Below are positions 26,898 through 35,699 of a DNA stretch of 35,699 nt, piece after piece. The position numbers were made by a program, and so were the translations under genes. Origin of the DNA: Ferroacidibacillus organovorans (GTDB taxonomy: Bacteria; Bacillota; Bacilli; Alicyclobacillales; SLC66). The notes below the pieces were generated by a model. It did not search any database. It was not told the DNA's origin and saw only the letters and a list, made by a program, of their open reading frames with translations. The stretch lies in the NCBI RefSeq assembly GCF_001642725.1, contig NZ_LSUQ01000008.1, positions 62,001-97,699 on the forward strand. The letters run 5' to 3'. Numbering within the stretch: position 1 is the stretch's first letter; the number at the start of each line of letters is the position of its first letter.

Positions 26898-29239
26898 GTA
26901 ATCTGTCCCTGTCTCAGAAGACCAAAAAGCCCAACCCATTTACGTTTTACCGCATTGCCTTCCCATCCGAACACTCGGTATCGGCACAACAGGCGCACGC
27001 CTTCCTTCAATCGCTCTCCGGGATCCTGTGGCAAAAGCAAACACTCGGCATTCAACGTCCGCTTCCTCTTCGCTTCCTTGTTGTGAAAGAACCGGGCGAA
27101 TCGGTCACCCGGTTCTACCTTGGCCTACCCACGCTGCGCGACGAGGCCGTCCAGTCCGCGTTTCGCTCAGCCTACCCGCACGTCCATCTGATTGCAGAAC
27201 CAACGCCCACGTTTCTGACACAAAGCCTCGACCGTCGCTCGCTCGCCATCTCGTTTCGCAAAGGCGGGCAGGGTCTCGAACCCTGGTTGCCCCTGTCCTC
27301 TCATCGCGTCGGTGAATCCGGCGATCCCCTTGATCATTTGATGGATGCCATCGGATCGGATGTAGCCAGTCGCTGGGTTTTCGAAGTGTGGTTCACGCCG
27401 ATGCGCGATGCCAAGTTCCAGCGCACCCTCTTGAAGAAGGCCCAACCACCCGGAAGCAAGGGTACATCCGGGTTCTCCCTGTCCGAAGTGCTCGCAGAGG
27501 TCTTCGGAAAATCGCCGTTGCAAAAACGTCCAACACTGCCTGTCCCAGATCCCTATGCTGAACAAAGACCCATTGTTCGTTCGCGACTCCTGTCAAACCA
27601 GCGTCCGTTTCGCGTCTCCGTCCGCCTTTTGGCAAGCGGCTCCACAAGCGTAAGAGCACACCTGCACGCCGTGCTTGGGGCCATGGGCCACCTTCGAGAG
27701 GCAGGATGGATTGTGCCAAGCCGCATCACGAAACGTCGACTCGCCAAGGCCATGCATCAAGGCATACCCACACGCCCGATGTGGTGGACCTCTGGAGAAC
27801 TGGCCTCCTTAGTCCATCTCCCTGACAGTCGGCAACCCGGCTTTCGCTACGTGGCGACCGCGCAGGGACGGGTCCTCCCCCCACCCAAGTGGAAAAGCGA
27901 AGGTCTCCGGCTTGGCTGGTCCGACTTTCCGGGGAAGGAAGACCAAGCGATTCACATTCCGCTCGGTCAGGCGGCCAAGCACACGTTTCTTGCGGGTGCG
28001 ACCGGTTCCGGCAAAACCACGACCCTCCTGCAAATCATGTTGGGGTTGGTTGCCCAGATGCAGACGAATCCCGACACGGCACCCGGATTCACCTTCTTTG
28101 ATCCGCACGGCGGTGCGATTGAGCGACTGCTCGCCCACATTCCACCCAGCCTTCATCACAAAGTACATGTGATTCCACTCGGCCCGACCGAGTATCCACG
28201 TGGCCTCAACCTGTTTCGCATGGATCACCGAGATGACGCAGAGGCGATCACGGGTGAGTTCGTCACCACGTTGCAGGAACTGTGGCCTGGTTCCCGACCA
28301 CGTTCCGAGCACTATTTGCGCAATAACGTCCTGTCGCTGCTCCAGCAACCGCCCCAGACGGTGCTTGGTATCGCTCACCTGTTCGCAAACGAACGTTTTC
28401 GCCAAGAACTGATTCCGAAACTGCCGTCCCATCTGCAAGACTTTTGGATGCAGGAGTTCGCGGAGATTCGAAACATCGCCGACCACTTGGGTCCTATCTG
28501 GAACAAGCTCGGGGCGCTCACCACGTACCCGTCTCTGCGTCGCATGCTCGGCCAGACCAAGAGCGCCGTCGACACGCGCGCCGTCATGGACGAGGGAGAC
28601 ATCGTGCTCATCGATGGGTCAGGTTGCACCACCGATGCCATCAAGATCATCGCGGGACTGTACCTGATTGACCTCCACTTCACTTGCAAACGTCGACCCG
28701 AACACCGATCCCGCCTACATCTATTCCTCGGCGACGAGGCGCATCTGTACGCCGTCAATGTGCTGCAAAAAATTCTCGCGGAAGACCGCAAATTCGGCCT
28801 GTCCCTATTCCTGGCCACCCAGTACCTTGACCAATTGCCCGACCCGATCCTCGCCGGAATTCTCGGCAATGTCGGCACGCTCATCCTGCTGCAACTCGGC
28901 GGGCCAGATGCGGACAGGCTCACGCGGTGGCTGAAGCCGGAGGTCTCGGCGCGCCAACTGATGACTCTGCCTGAGATGCATGCGCTGGTACGCACCAAGC
29001 TTGAAGGCGGCGTCACGGAACTGTTCACCATGCAGAACCCGCTCGTTCCCGCTGGCCATGAAGAATGGGCAGCAGAGGTCATTGCCCATTCGGACCTTGC
29101 GGATGGACGGCCAGCGAACGAAGTGGATCAGGACATCGAGGCGATGTACGGTCGCTCCAAGGCGGCTGTCCAGGAACATACGATGCCCATTCGTCACTTC
29201 GCTTTTCCGCGTACTGAAGACCCGGAGGAACCATCCTGA
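26894..29239 (+). CDS. virD4: VirD4/TraD-like type IV coupling ATPase
   Basis: HTFLAGATGSGKTT, FFDPHG, LFLGDEAH, EDRKFGLSLFLATQYLDQL, ILGNVGTLI. Confidence 0.85.
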   Translation: MSNLSLSQKTKKPNPFTFYRIAFPSEHSVSAQQAHAFLQSLSGILWQKQTLGIQRPLPLRFLVVKEPGESVTRFYLGLPTLRDEAVQSAFRSAYPHVHLIAEPTPTFLTQSLDRRSLAISFRKGGQGLEPWLPLSSHRVGESGDPLDHLMDAIGSDVASRWVFEVWFTPMRDAKFQRTLLKKAQPPGSKGTSGFSLSEVLAEVFGKSPLQKRPTLPVPDPYAEQRPIVRSRLLSNQRPFRVSVRLLASGSTSVRAHLHAVLGAMGHLREAGWIVPSRITKRRLAKAMHQGIPTRPMWWTSGELASLVHLPDSRQPGFRYVATAQGRVLPPPKWKSEGLRLGWSDFPGKEDQAIHIPLGQAAKHTFLAGATGSGKTTTLLQIMLGLVAQMQTNPDTAPGFTFFDPHGGAIERLLAHIPPSLHHKVHVIPLGPTEYPRGLNLFRMDHRDDAEAITGEFVTTLQELWPGSRPRSEHYLRNNVLSLLQQPPQTVLGIAHLFANERFRQELIPKLPSHLQDFWMQEFAEIRNIADHLGPIWNKLGALTTYPSLRRMLGQTKSAVDTRAVMDEGDIVLIDGSGCTTDAIKIIAGLYLIDLHFTCKRRPEHRSRLHLFLGDEAHLYAVNVLQKILAEDRKFGLSLFLATQYLDQLPDPILAGILGNVGTLILLQLGGPDADRLTRWLKPEVSARQLMTLPEMHALVRTKLEGGVTELFTMQNPLVPAGHEEWAAEVIAHSDLADGRPANEVDQDIEAMYGRSKAAVQEHTMPIRHFAFPRTEDPEEPS

Positions 29240-29253
29240 TCTGTGCAACACGT

Positions 29254-29284
29254 CGGACAGGCTTGCGGACAGGGTTCCGGACAG
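29254..29284 (+). repeat. Three CGGACAG direct repeats at 12-bp period
   Basis: Copies at 29254, 29266 and 29278, in the gap between the coupling protein and the relaxase-like gene. Confidence 0.8.
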
Positions 29285-29421
29285 CCTTTCCTCCCGTCTT
29301 CCGTCCTACAATCGTCCTGACTGAATTCCAAATTTACCGCGCCGGACGTGGCTTCGCGGTCTCAGCGGTTGCGGGACATATTTCCGAATCTGCCGCGCCG
29401 CACAGAGGGAGGCAATACCGA

Positions 29422-30375
29422 ATGAAGATTCCCCATCGCATCGAGCAAGAAATGCTGCTCGCGCTCTACCGATACAGCATGTTGACCACGGATCAACTGT
29501 CCACATTGCTCCATTACAAAATTGACACCATCTACAAGACGAGCCGCTCCCTTCGCCATCAGGAATGGATCGAGTCCCAGTCCCTCGACTTCATCCGTCG
29601 AAACACCAAGGGATGGGTGCTGACCCGGAAAGGCATCGAAGTCGCCTTCGGTCTCACCAAAGAACACCGACCGTATCTGCTTCGGCAGACAAACGCAGCG
29701 TTTGGGCAAGCTCCCCATCTCTTTGGTGTCAATCGATTTTTCACCGACCTCATTCGACACAGCCTCACCCGTCGACCGGAGGAGGGACTCATCGACTGGA
29801 TCGGTATGCGGGACGGCGGTGAACGCTACGCCATCGTCAACCGTAAGAACCAAAGAACCACACCACTGCGACCGGATGGCATCGGAACCTACCGATTCGC
29901 AAACAGCAGCGAGATCATCTTCCACGTCGAGTACGACACCGGAAGCGAACACCTTTGGGTTCTTCACGGAAAGCTCTGGAAATACGTCGATGTTCTGAAA
30001 ACGTTCTGGGCGGATGTAACGCTTGCCAATGTGCTGTTTATCACCCGTGATCCCCGTCGTTCAGCTCGAATCCTGGAACTCTGGCAAGGCATGCGGGACG
30101 ATGCGTTCCGCAAACAACCCACACCTACCGTGTGGACCACAACGGAAGACGAACTGTCGGAACAAGGGACACTCGCTCCCGTTTGGCAAGGGCTTGAAAC
30201 GAATGCCGTATCCTTTCTGGATTTCCCCCGGCTAAGCGGCGGAAATGGGGACCGGAGTGTCCCCATTGGCAAGCAGACTCGTGAGCAGCCGTTCGCCAAG
30301 CCCAGCCGAATTCCGCGTAGCCATGACGAACCCAAGAGGGCGGGAGGCGACCCAGATGGTCCTGCGATTTCTTGA
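29422..30375 (+). CDS. Replication-relaxation (Replic_Relax) family protein
   Basis: LYRYSMLTTDQL wHTH, HLFGVNRFFTDL, LRPDG, FHVEYDTGSE...KLWKY. ATG 29422 after GGGAGG. Confidence 0.85.
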   Translation: MKIPHRIEQEMLLALYRYSMLTTDQLSTLLHYKIDTIYKTSRSLRHQEWIESQSLDFIRRNTKGWVLTRKGIEVAFGLTKEHRPYLLRQTNAAFGQAPHLFGVNRFFTDLIRHSLTRRPEEGLIDWIGMRDGGERYAIVNRKNQRTTPLRPDGIGTYRFANSSEIIFHVEYDTGSEHLWVLHGKLWKYVDVLKTFWADVTLANVLFITRDPRRSARILELWQGMRDDAFRKQPTPTVWTTTEDELSEQGTLAPVWQGLETNAVSFLDFPRLSGGNGDRSVPIGKQTREQPFAKPSRIPRSHDEPKRAGGDPDGPAIS

Positions 30376-31573
30376 TTTGTTCGCTGGCATTGGGGGCATC
30401 CGTCGGGGTCTGGAGCGCGCGGGGATGGCGTGTATCGGCTCGGTCGAGCGGGACAAGTTCTCCCGCAAATCCTATCAGGCGCTATTTCGAACAGAAGGAG
30501 AGTGGACTCACGATGACATCCAAACCGTCCTGCCGGACGACATCCCCAAAGCCGACCTCTGGGCATTCGGCTTCCCCTGCCAAGACCTGTCCGTTGCCGG
30601 AAAGCGACAAGGTTTTGGCGGGGCACGAAGCAGCCTGTTCTTCACCGTCCTCAACCTCCTCGGGGCGCTGCCCGAAGACCATCGACCCGAATGGTTGGTC
30701 GCTGAGAACGTTGTCGGATTTCTCTCGAGCAACCGGGGCTACGACTTCCTCGCCGCCCAAGTTGCGCTGGCCGAAAGCGGGTATGACTGTGAATGGGAAG
30801 TGCTCTGTGCGACCTCCTTCGGTATTCCCCAACACCGCGAACGCGTGTTCCTTATCGGACATGCTCGAAATCGAGGTCGACGAACGGTTCTTCCTCTCCA
30901 CAACGGCAGAACAAATCCTCCTCACGCAGTGGAACAAACAACACAGTCGCAAGAGTCGGAAACCATCGCCCAACCAGGAGACCAAAAACGAACCATCGGA
31001 ACAGCGGCTGATGAAAAACCAACGCCCATATACGCAGCCGTCGCCACCCCAGGATTCTTGAACAAACAGCAACGTCACCGATTCAAAGATCCCGACGAGC
31101 CGATGTTTACACTCGCAGCTTTATCCACGCATGGGGTCCTCGTCACAAGACGGGGACAAGGTCAAGAGGCAAAGTGGAACGTGCGAAACACCGCCACCTG
31201 CCTGGATGCCAACTACTACAAGGGGCTGGATGCCCATCAGATGCGTACCGGCGTGGCCGTGCAAACCGCCCTAAGACTTCCGGACGATACCGGTCAAACC
31301 GGGCGAGTCTTTGATCCGAGCGGCATCTCCCCCACGCTCTTGAATCACCATGGAGGGGCCGTCACCAAAATTGTGCAGGACACCCGCATCCGACGGCTCA
31401 CGCCACGGGAGTGTTGGCGGCTCATGGGACGCACCGACACCGAGTTTAATACCGCAAAGGACGCTGGCGTTTCCGACACACAGCTTTACAAACAGGCAGG
31501 CAACTCCGTCATTCCCCAGATTGTAGCCGCCATCGGAGGGCGCATCATACAAGAAACCATCAGGCCGTCATGA
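30356..31573 (+). CDS. Orphan DNA (cytosine-5)-methyltransferase
   Basis: FLDLFAGIGG, GFPCQD, ENV, PQHRERVFLIG, RRLTPRECWRLMG, YKQAGNSV. ATG 30356 after GGGAGG. Confidence 0.93.
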   Translation: MVLRFLDLFAGIGGIRRGLERAGMACIGSVERDKFSRKSYQALFRTEGEWTHDDIQTVLPDDIPKADLWAFGFPCQDLSVAGKRQGFGGARSSLFFTVLNLLGALPEDHRPEWLVAENVVGFLSSNRGYDFLAAQVALAESGYDCEWEVLCATSFGIPQHRERVFLIGHARNRGRRTVLPLHNGRTNPPHAVEQTTQSQESETIAQPGDQKRTIGTAADEKPTPIYAAVATPGFLNKQQRHRFKDPDEPMFTLAALSTHGVLVTRRGQGQEAKWNVRNTATCLDANYYKGLDAHQMRTGVAVQTALRLPDDTGQTGRVFDPSGISPTLLNHHGGAVTKIVQDTRIRRLTPRECWRLMGRTDTEFNTAKDAGVSDTQLYKQAGNSVIPQIVAAIGGRIIQETIRPS

Positions 31574-31616
31574 CACAGGTTCAACCCGTAACCCGCACAA
31601 CGAGGAGGTGAACGCT

Positions 31617-31847
31617 ATGGACTTTATCAGCACCGGCATTACCTGGGCGGAACACACGCTGCAGGCCGTATTCCTCTGTGTTGCGGTGTACCGAGGTGTG
31701 CGGTTGTACGCACATGGAGAACAGAATCGGCTCTGGGGGCACATCATCCTCTCCTGCATCCTCGCCATCTTCGTGTTCTTCCCGTCCATTGCCCAGTTCC
31801 TGGCGCAGTATTTGTTGAAGCAGCTTGGCATCAACCTCAGTTCCTGA
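31617..31847 (+). CDS. Small two-TM conjugation protein (TcpD/ConC-like)
   Basis: 76 aa, two hydrophobic segments, strong RBS, immediately before tcpE. Confidence 0.55.
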   Translation: MDFISTGITWAEHTLQAVFLCVAVYRGVRLYAHGEQNRLWGHIILSCILAIFVFFPSIAQFLAQYLLKQLGINLSS

Positions 31848-31869
31848 ACCCTGAGGCGAATAGAGGAGT

Positions 31870-32583
31870 GTGATTCACATGGCCGACCCGCGTACGGATC
31901 GGACGGTTTACCATGCCTATCGTTCATTGTTCAAGATGAAAACGGTACTTTACCAGATTGGGGACGTCCGACTTTGGATGCCGATTGATCAGGACCTAAT
32001 CCTGCTCTGGCTACAAGTATTTCTTTTGTTTCTGGCGTTCTATTACGTGATCCCGATTCTCGCGTGGATCTCTCCGGTCGGGCCTGCCCTGACCCTCAGT
32101 GTCGGCCCGGCCGCCTTGGCGTACACCCTGCACAAACTCGATCCCGCCGGGAAATCAACCTCGGCCTATCTGCGAGATATCTTGCGATTCCTGGTACGGA
32201 AGAAGCACATCCGTCGCTTTGAGACCGTGTCGTTACCCCGTCCGCGTCGCTCGCTCAAATGGTCAATGTTCGCAAGGCGTTATCACACCCTTGACTTGGC
32301 GGACGGATGTCGTCTACGGTTCTTTTTCACGGAAGCCCTAGACGGGAAACTGGAGCCCGGTTCCACCCTGCGCGTGTATCCAAAAGCGAGACTCCGCCTT
32401 CACACGCGCACGCATCGCTTCGCGCTCACGCCGCTATCCGAGAAGAGAACACTCCGGTTTGAAGAGGTGCAAACGAAGAAGGGGAAACGGGTTTGGGAAT
32501 GGACGGTCACGGAACCAGCGGATCTGACACTGACCGCATCGGACGCGTCCGTTCGCCCCCACACGAGGAGGGGAAGCGGATGA
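31870..32583 (+). CDS. tcpE: TcpE-family conjugal transfer membrane protein (VirB3-like)
   Basis: YRSLFKMKTVLYQIGDVRLWMPI, two TMs, DPAGKS...LRFL. Stop overlaps the VirB4 start. Confidence 0.8.
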   Translation: MIHMADPRTDRTVYHAYRSLFKMKTVLYQIGDVRLWMPIDQDLILLWLQVFLLFLAFYYVIPILAWISPVGPALTLSVGPAALAYTLHKLDPAGKSTSAYLRDILRFLVRKKHIRRFETVSLPRPRRSLKWSMFARRYHTLDLADGCRLRFFFTEALDGKLEPGSTLRVYPKARLRLHTRTHRFALTPLSEKRTLRFEEVQTKKGKRVWEWTVTEPADLTLTASDASVRPHTRRGSG

Positions 32584-35048
32584 AGTGTCCAGTCCTCTAC
32601 TACGAACAAAACGTGCTCTTTGACACCAAGCGCCAAGCCTGGGCCGCCTACCGGATTCCACAGCAACCTTACGCTTTTGCATCAAAGGAGAAAAAACGCG
32701 TCCTCGTCGACAGCCTGCGTGGGTTTTTACATGCACACCGGGGCGCTTGTCATCTCCTCTCCTTGACGGACGACATCCGCCCCACCGGATTCTTTCAGTC
32801 AGCAAGTCCAGCGGATGCAGAATTTGAGCGCTACCGTAGAGCAGTCATCCAAAAGGTTGCGAGGCAACGTCCATGGCGGCGCTCCCTGTTTTTGCTCGTC
32901 AAGCTCCCAAAGTCTAGGTTTGCTGTTCCGGACTTTGACTTAGCCGCACCTAGACGGGCACTCACCTCCCTTCGCGGCTTCGCAAAGAGCGTGGGTCAGA
33001 CCTTGCAACAACGGCTTATTGTTTCTCCCTCTGGCGAAATGAATCATCAGGTGTTAGAGGATGCGCTTTCCGCAGAAACGCTCGTGGCAGAGTCAGTTCG
33101 AGCGTCCCTAAACGGTGAACGGCTCCAAAGCACAGACGTCGAATGGCTCCTCTGCCATCCGTTCCACCGTGCGATGCTCGGTGAATCGACGCCGCGCCTT
33201 GGCCTTGAACCCAGTTACCAAATCGCCGTCCGAGGAGAACGAGTCCTGCTTCGACCGCGTAAGTCACTGCCAATCCTCGTAGCGGGCGACACCGTGATCG
33301 AGGAACGGTTGCGTACACTGATCGTGCACCACCAAGATGACGGGGCTCGGCAGAGTTGGCAGACGTTTTTATTTCTGGTAGATGTTCCCGAAGACGTGAC
33401 TGACATTGGACAGGAGTGGCTGTACCGCCTCGATGAACTGTCTGACCCGGTGGAGTGCAGCATTCACCTGGAGATTGAAGCGCCACACACAGCGGCGGCA
33501 GGGCTTGAACGAAGCCGCAAGGCGCTCAAGGACCAGCAGCGGGAATTTGTCGAAGGCACCGGCGACCTGCCGCTCACCCTGGAATGGGCCGGGGATCGCG
33601 GACGGCTGCTTGAACACAAACTGCAGCATGGCATGCCACTCGTCCACGCAACCGTCACATTCGCCATCTTCGCACCAACCCGCGAAGAGCTCGAATCCCG
33701 CGCGACTCAATTCACTCAACTGTGCAGCACCCTACGTCTGCGCATCGTGCGTTCTCCTGGTGATCAGACACGTGGCTTTCTCGACACAATGCCTGGCACC
33801 GACATGGAGAAGAAACCATGGTCGATCCCGATGGACCCTGGTTATCTGGCAGCGGGCGTTCCGCACGGCAGTAGGGACGCTGGGGACCCGACCGGTGATT
33901 ACATTGGCCGCACACGCCAAGGCACACCTGTACTGCTTGATCTTGCAAGGCCCATGTCTCGGGAACTGAACCGAAGTGGGGCGGTCGGGATCGTGGGGAC
34001 ACTTGGCGGCGGCAAATCGGTACTCAAAAAACTTCTCTTCTACCTCGCCTACAACCGAGGTGGAAGCATTTTTTCCATTGATCCAAAAGATGAGGACGGA
34101 TGCTTCAAGGAACTGCCCGCTATCGCGAAAGGGCTCACGATCCTTCGACTCTCGGCAGGTTCGCACACACAAATCAACCCGTTTCGCTTGGCGCAAAGTG
34201 ACGAGCGAAGTCACGCCATCGCGCTCGACTATCTGAGTCTTCTACTTGACGGCCAGCGCAACGACGAGCGGGCTGACGTCCTCATGGATGCGGTGGAACG
34301 AACGTTTGCCACCTCCAAGCGGGATTTGTTCCAAGTCATGACTGAACTCCAAAAACTAAGTACAACCGAGGGTCACGAGGCGATGCGTGTCGAGGCTAGG
34401 CGTTGTCTGACCCGGCTTCAGGGTTATCAGAAGAGTCCGTACGGACGGCTCGTCTTCGCGCGGGACAATGGCGTGAGTGCCTTGCCGGACACTCCTTTCG
34501 TGGTAGCGAGTCTGGCGGGACTTCCACTCCCAAAGCGCCTGCCTGGCGAAACGGGCAACTTCACCCCAAACGAGCGCTTTGGTGTCGGGATGATGTTCCT
34601 CATGGCGGCGCTTGGTCGTGAACGCATGTTTCATTCCGCTCCCGGTGGACTGAAGCTATTTGGCATCGATGAAGCCTGGCTTTTGCGCTCGTTCCCGGAA
34701 GGAAGGCAGTTGATTGACGAGACGGTACGCATGGGTCGCTCTTTCGGCGTCGTCCCCATTCTCGTCACGCAAAACCCTGGCGACATTGCCGAGGAGGAAC
34801 TGCGCAACAACCTCGGTTCCATCTTCTGCTTTCGCACCGAGGATCCGCGCGCCAGCCGTGACAACGCGATCCTACTGGGACTCGACCCGAATGAGGCGTC
34901 GCTGTGGCAGGAATTCCGCAGCCTGCGCTCCGGGGACTGCTTCTTCAAGGACATTGAAGGCCGTGTCAGTATGATCCACGTTGATCCGACGCCAGACGAC
35001 TTGCTGAACGTGTTCAACACCTCTGTGGATGGAGGTCAGCCATTATGA
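32580..35048 (+). CDS. virB4: VirB4-like conjugative ATPase (TcpF/ConE/YddE type)
   Basis: GTLGGGKS, SIDPKDE, GIDEAW, RMGRSFG...VTQNPGD, FKDIEGRV. ATG 32580. Confidence 0.9.
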   Translation: MKCPVLYYEQNVLFDTKRQAWAAYRIPQQPYAFASKEKKRVLVDSLRGFLHAHRGACHLLSLTDDIRPTGFFQSASPADAEFERYRRAVIQKVARQRPWRRSLFLLVKLPKSRFAVPDFDLAAPRRALTSLRGFAKSVGQTLQQRLIVSPSGEMNHQVLEDALSAETLVAESVRASLNGERLQSTDVEWLLCHPFHRAMLGESTPRLGLEPSYQIAVRGERVLLRPRKSLPILVAGDTVIEERLRTLIVHHQDDGARQSWQTFLFLVDVPEDVTDIGQEWLYRLDELSDPVECSIHLEIEAPHTAAAGLERSRKALKDQQREFVEGTGDLPLTLEWAGDRGRLLEHKLQHGMPLVHATVTFAIFAPTREELESRATQFTQLCSTLRLRIVRSPGDQTRGFLDTMPGTDMEKKPWSIPMDPGYLAAGVPHGSRDAGDPTGDYIGRTRQGTPVLLDLARPMSRELNRSGAVGIVGTLGGGKSVLKKLLFYLAYNRGGSIFSIDPKDEDGCFKELPAIAKGLTILRLSAGSHTQINPFRLAQSDERSHAIALDYLSLLLDGQRNDERADVLMDAVERTFATSKRDLFQVMTELQKLSTTEGHEAMRVEARRCLTRLQGYQKSPYGRLVFARDNGVSALPDTPFVVASLAGLPLPKRLPGETGNFTPNERFGVGMMFLMAALGRERMFHSAPGGLKLFGIDEAWLLRSFPEGRQLIDETVRMGRSFGVVPILVTQNPGDIAEEELRNNLGSIFCFRTEDPRASRDNAILLGLDPNEASLWQEFRSLRSGDCFFKDIEGRVSMIHVDPTPDDLLNVFNTSVDGGQPL

Positions 35049-35699
35049 AACAACGCAAACGATGGATGAGCTGGGCTGTTATCATCGTGTTCCTCCTCTG
35101 TATCGTAGGAACCGTGATTGCCACCTCGCCCTCTGCTTTCGCTGCGACGCAGGCGCAACCGCCTTCGATGGTCAATCAGATTCTGCCGACCGAACAACAG
35201 ATCGGCGTATCCACCAATGCGACGCCGACATACCGAACCTATCCGCCGGACCGATATGCATTCGACCTCGGGTACAACCTCGTTACCTGGGAATGGGGTG
35301 GACTGAAACCGGATCTGAACGACCCGATCCCGTTTCTCGGCAACGCCATCGCCAGTTGGATTTTCATTGGTTCCGGTTTCATCACGCGCTTTGGCATCTT
35401 CCTGGCGGAACTCGGCTTTCACACCAACCTTGTCAACGACCAGTTGGCCGCCGTCACGCCGCTGCTCATCGGGCTGCGCCAGAGCCTGTTCGGGAGATTT
35501 CTCCCGTTCAGTCTCATCGCGCTTGCGTTCTGGGCCGTGAAGAAGGCGATGGTCGATAACCAGCCCACGCGGGTCTGGTCAGGGGTACTCGCCAGCGTGG
35601 CCGTTCTCGCGGGCGGGCTTTTCTTTATGGCGAACAGCGGTCCCGACATCCGGTTTCTCTCCACCACCATGGATCAACTGTCACAGGTGACGATGGGGG
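35045..35699 (+). CDS. VirB6-like (ConG/TcpH; CD3337/EF1877-like) membrane protein, 3' end outside window
   Basis: Not in the ORF track because it has no stop. ATG overlaps the VirB4 stop. Reads MKQRKRWMSWAVIIVFLLCIVG...YPPDRYAFDLGY...NAIASWIF..., with several TM helices, open to the window end. Confidence 0.75.
   Translation, partial: MKQRKRWMSWAVIIVFLLCIVGTVIATSPSAFAATQAQPPSMVNQILPTEQQIGVSTNATPTYRTYPPDRYAFDLGYNLVTWEWGGLKPDLNDPIPFLGNAIASWIFIGSGFITRFGIFLAELGFHTNLVNDQLAAVTPLLIGLRQSLFGRFLPFSLIALAFWAVKKAMVDNQPTRVWSGVLASVAVLAGGLFFMANSGPDIRFLSTTMDQLSQVTMG

Larger units (their letters stand above)
5797..35699. mobile_element. Conjugative element (ICE or plasmid) with Gram-positive Tcp/ICEBs1-like T4SS, Tad pilus and phage-like switch; boundaries not determined, continues past window end
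   Basis: Co-located VirB4, TcpE, VirB6-like, VirD4-like, Replic_Relax, ImmR/ImmA and orphan MTases. Shared promoter motif across the region. Visibly more GC-rich than 2500-4700. Confidence 0.8.

Noticed and set aside
26100..31573. Restriction-modification or defence system
   Set aside because: No endonuclease partner; both MTases overlap conjugation genes.
9451..35559. Many alternative-frame or antisense ORFs in the supplied track (e.g. 9451-10185, 10516-11295, 27809-28486, 28375-29082, 35029-35559)
   Set aside because: They overlap well-supported genes, lack recognisable motifs and are expected shadows in GC-rich coding DNA.

Overview
Window from a Gram-positive (Bacillota, probably Alicyclobacillaceae-like; inferred) genome with two zones. 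(1) About 1-5700 is a decayed cargo zone: the 3' part of an IS1380-family element, then frameshifted or truncated remnants of a DUF2064/TIGR04282 glycosyltransferase, ccdA, an NRPS condensation domain, an MFS exporter and an ExeA-type transposition ATPase. (2) About 5800 to the window end is part of a conjugative element (ICE or plasmid; no integrase or att site in view). It carries a minus-strand Tad/Flp pilus locus with large secreted proteins. It has an ICEBs1/phage-like switch: an ImmR-like repressor, an ImmA protease and a divergent HTH-small ORF-ArpU/RinA activator operon. A c-di-GMP-I riboswitch cassette lies between immR and immA. The plus-strand transfer region encodes an adenine MTase, VirD4-like coupling protein, Replic_Relax protein, C5 MTase, TcpD/TcpE, VirB4 and the start of a VirB6-like protein. 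The main new observation is one promoter architecture, nGnCAC-N5-nnnCAC-N21-TAnnnT. It occurs five times with invariant spacing in front of the pilus, surface-protein and conjugation operons. This suggests a phage late-gene-type activator was repurposed as master regulator of a Tad pilus plus T4SS mating regulon.
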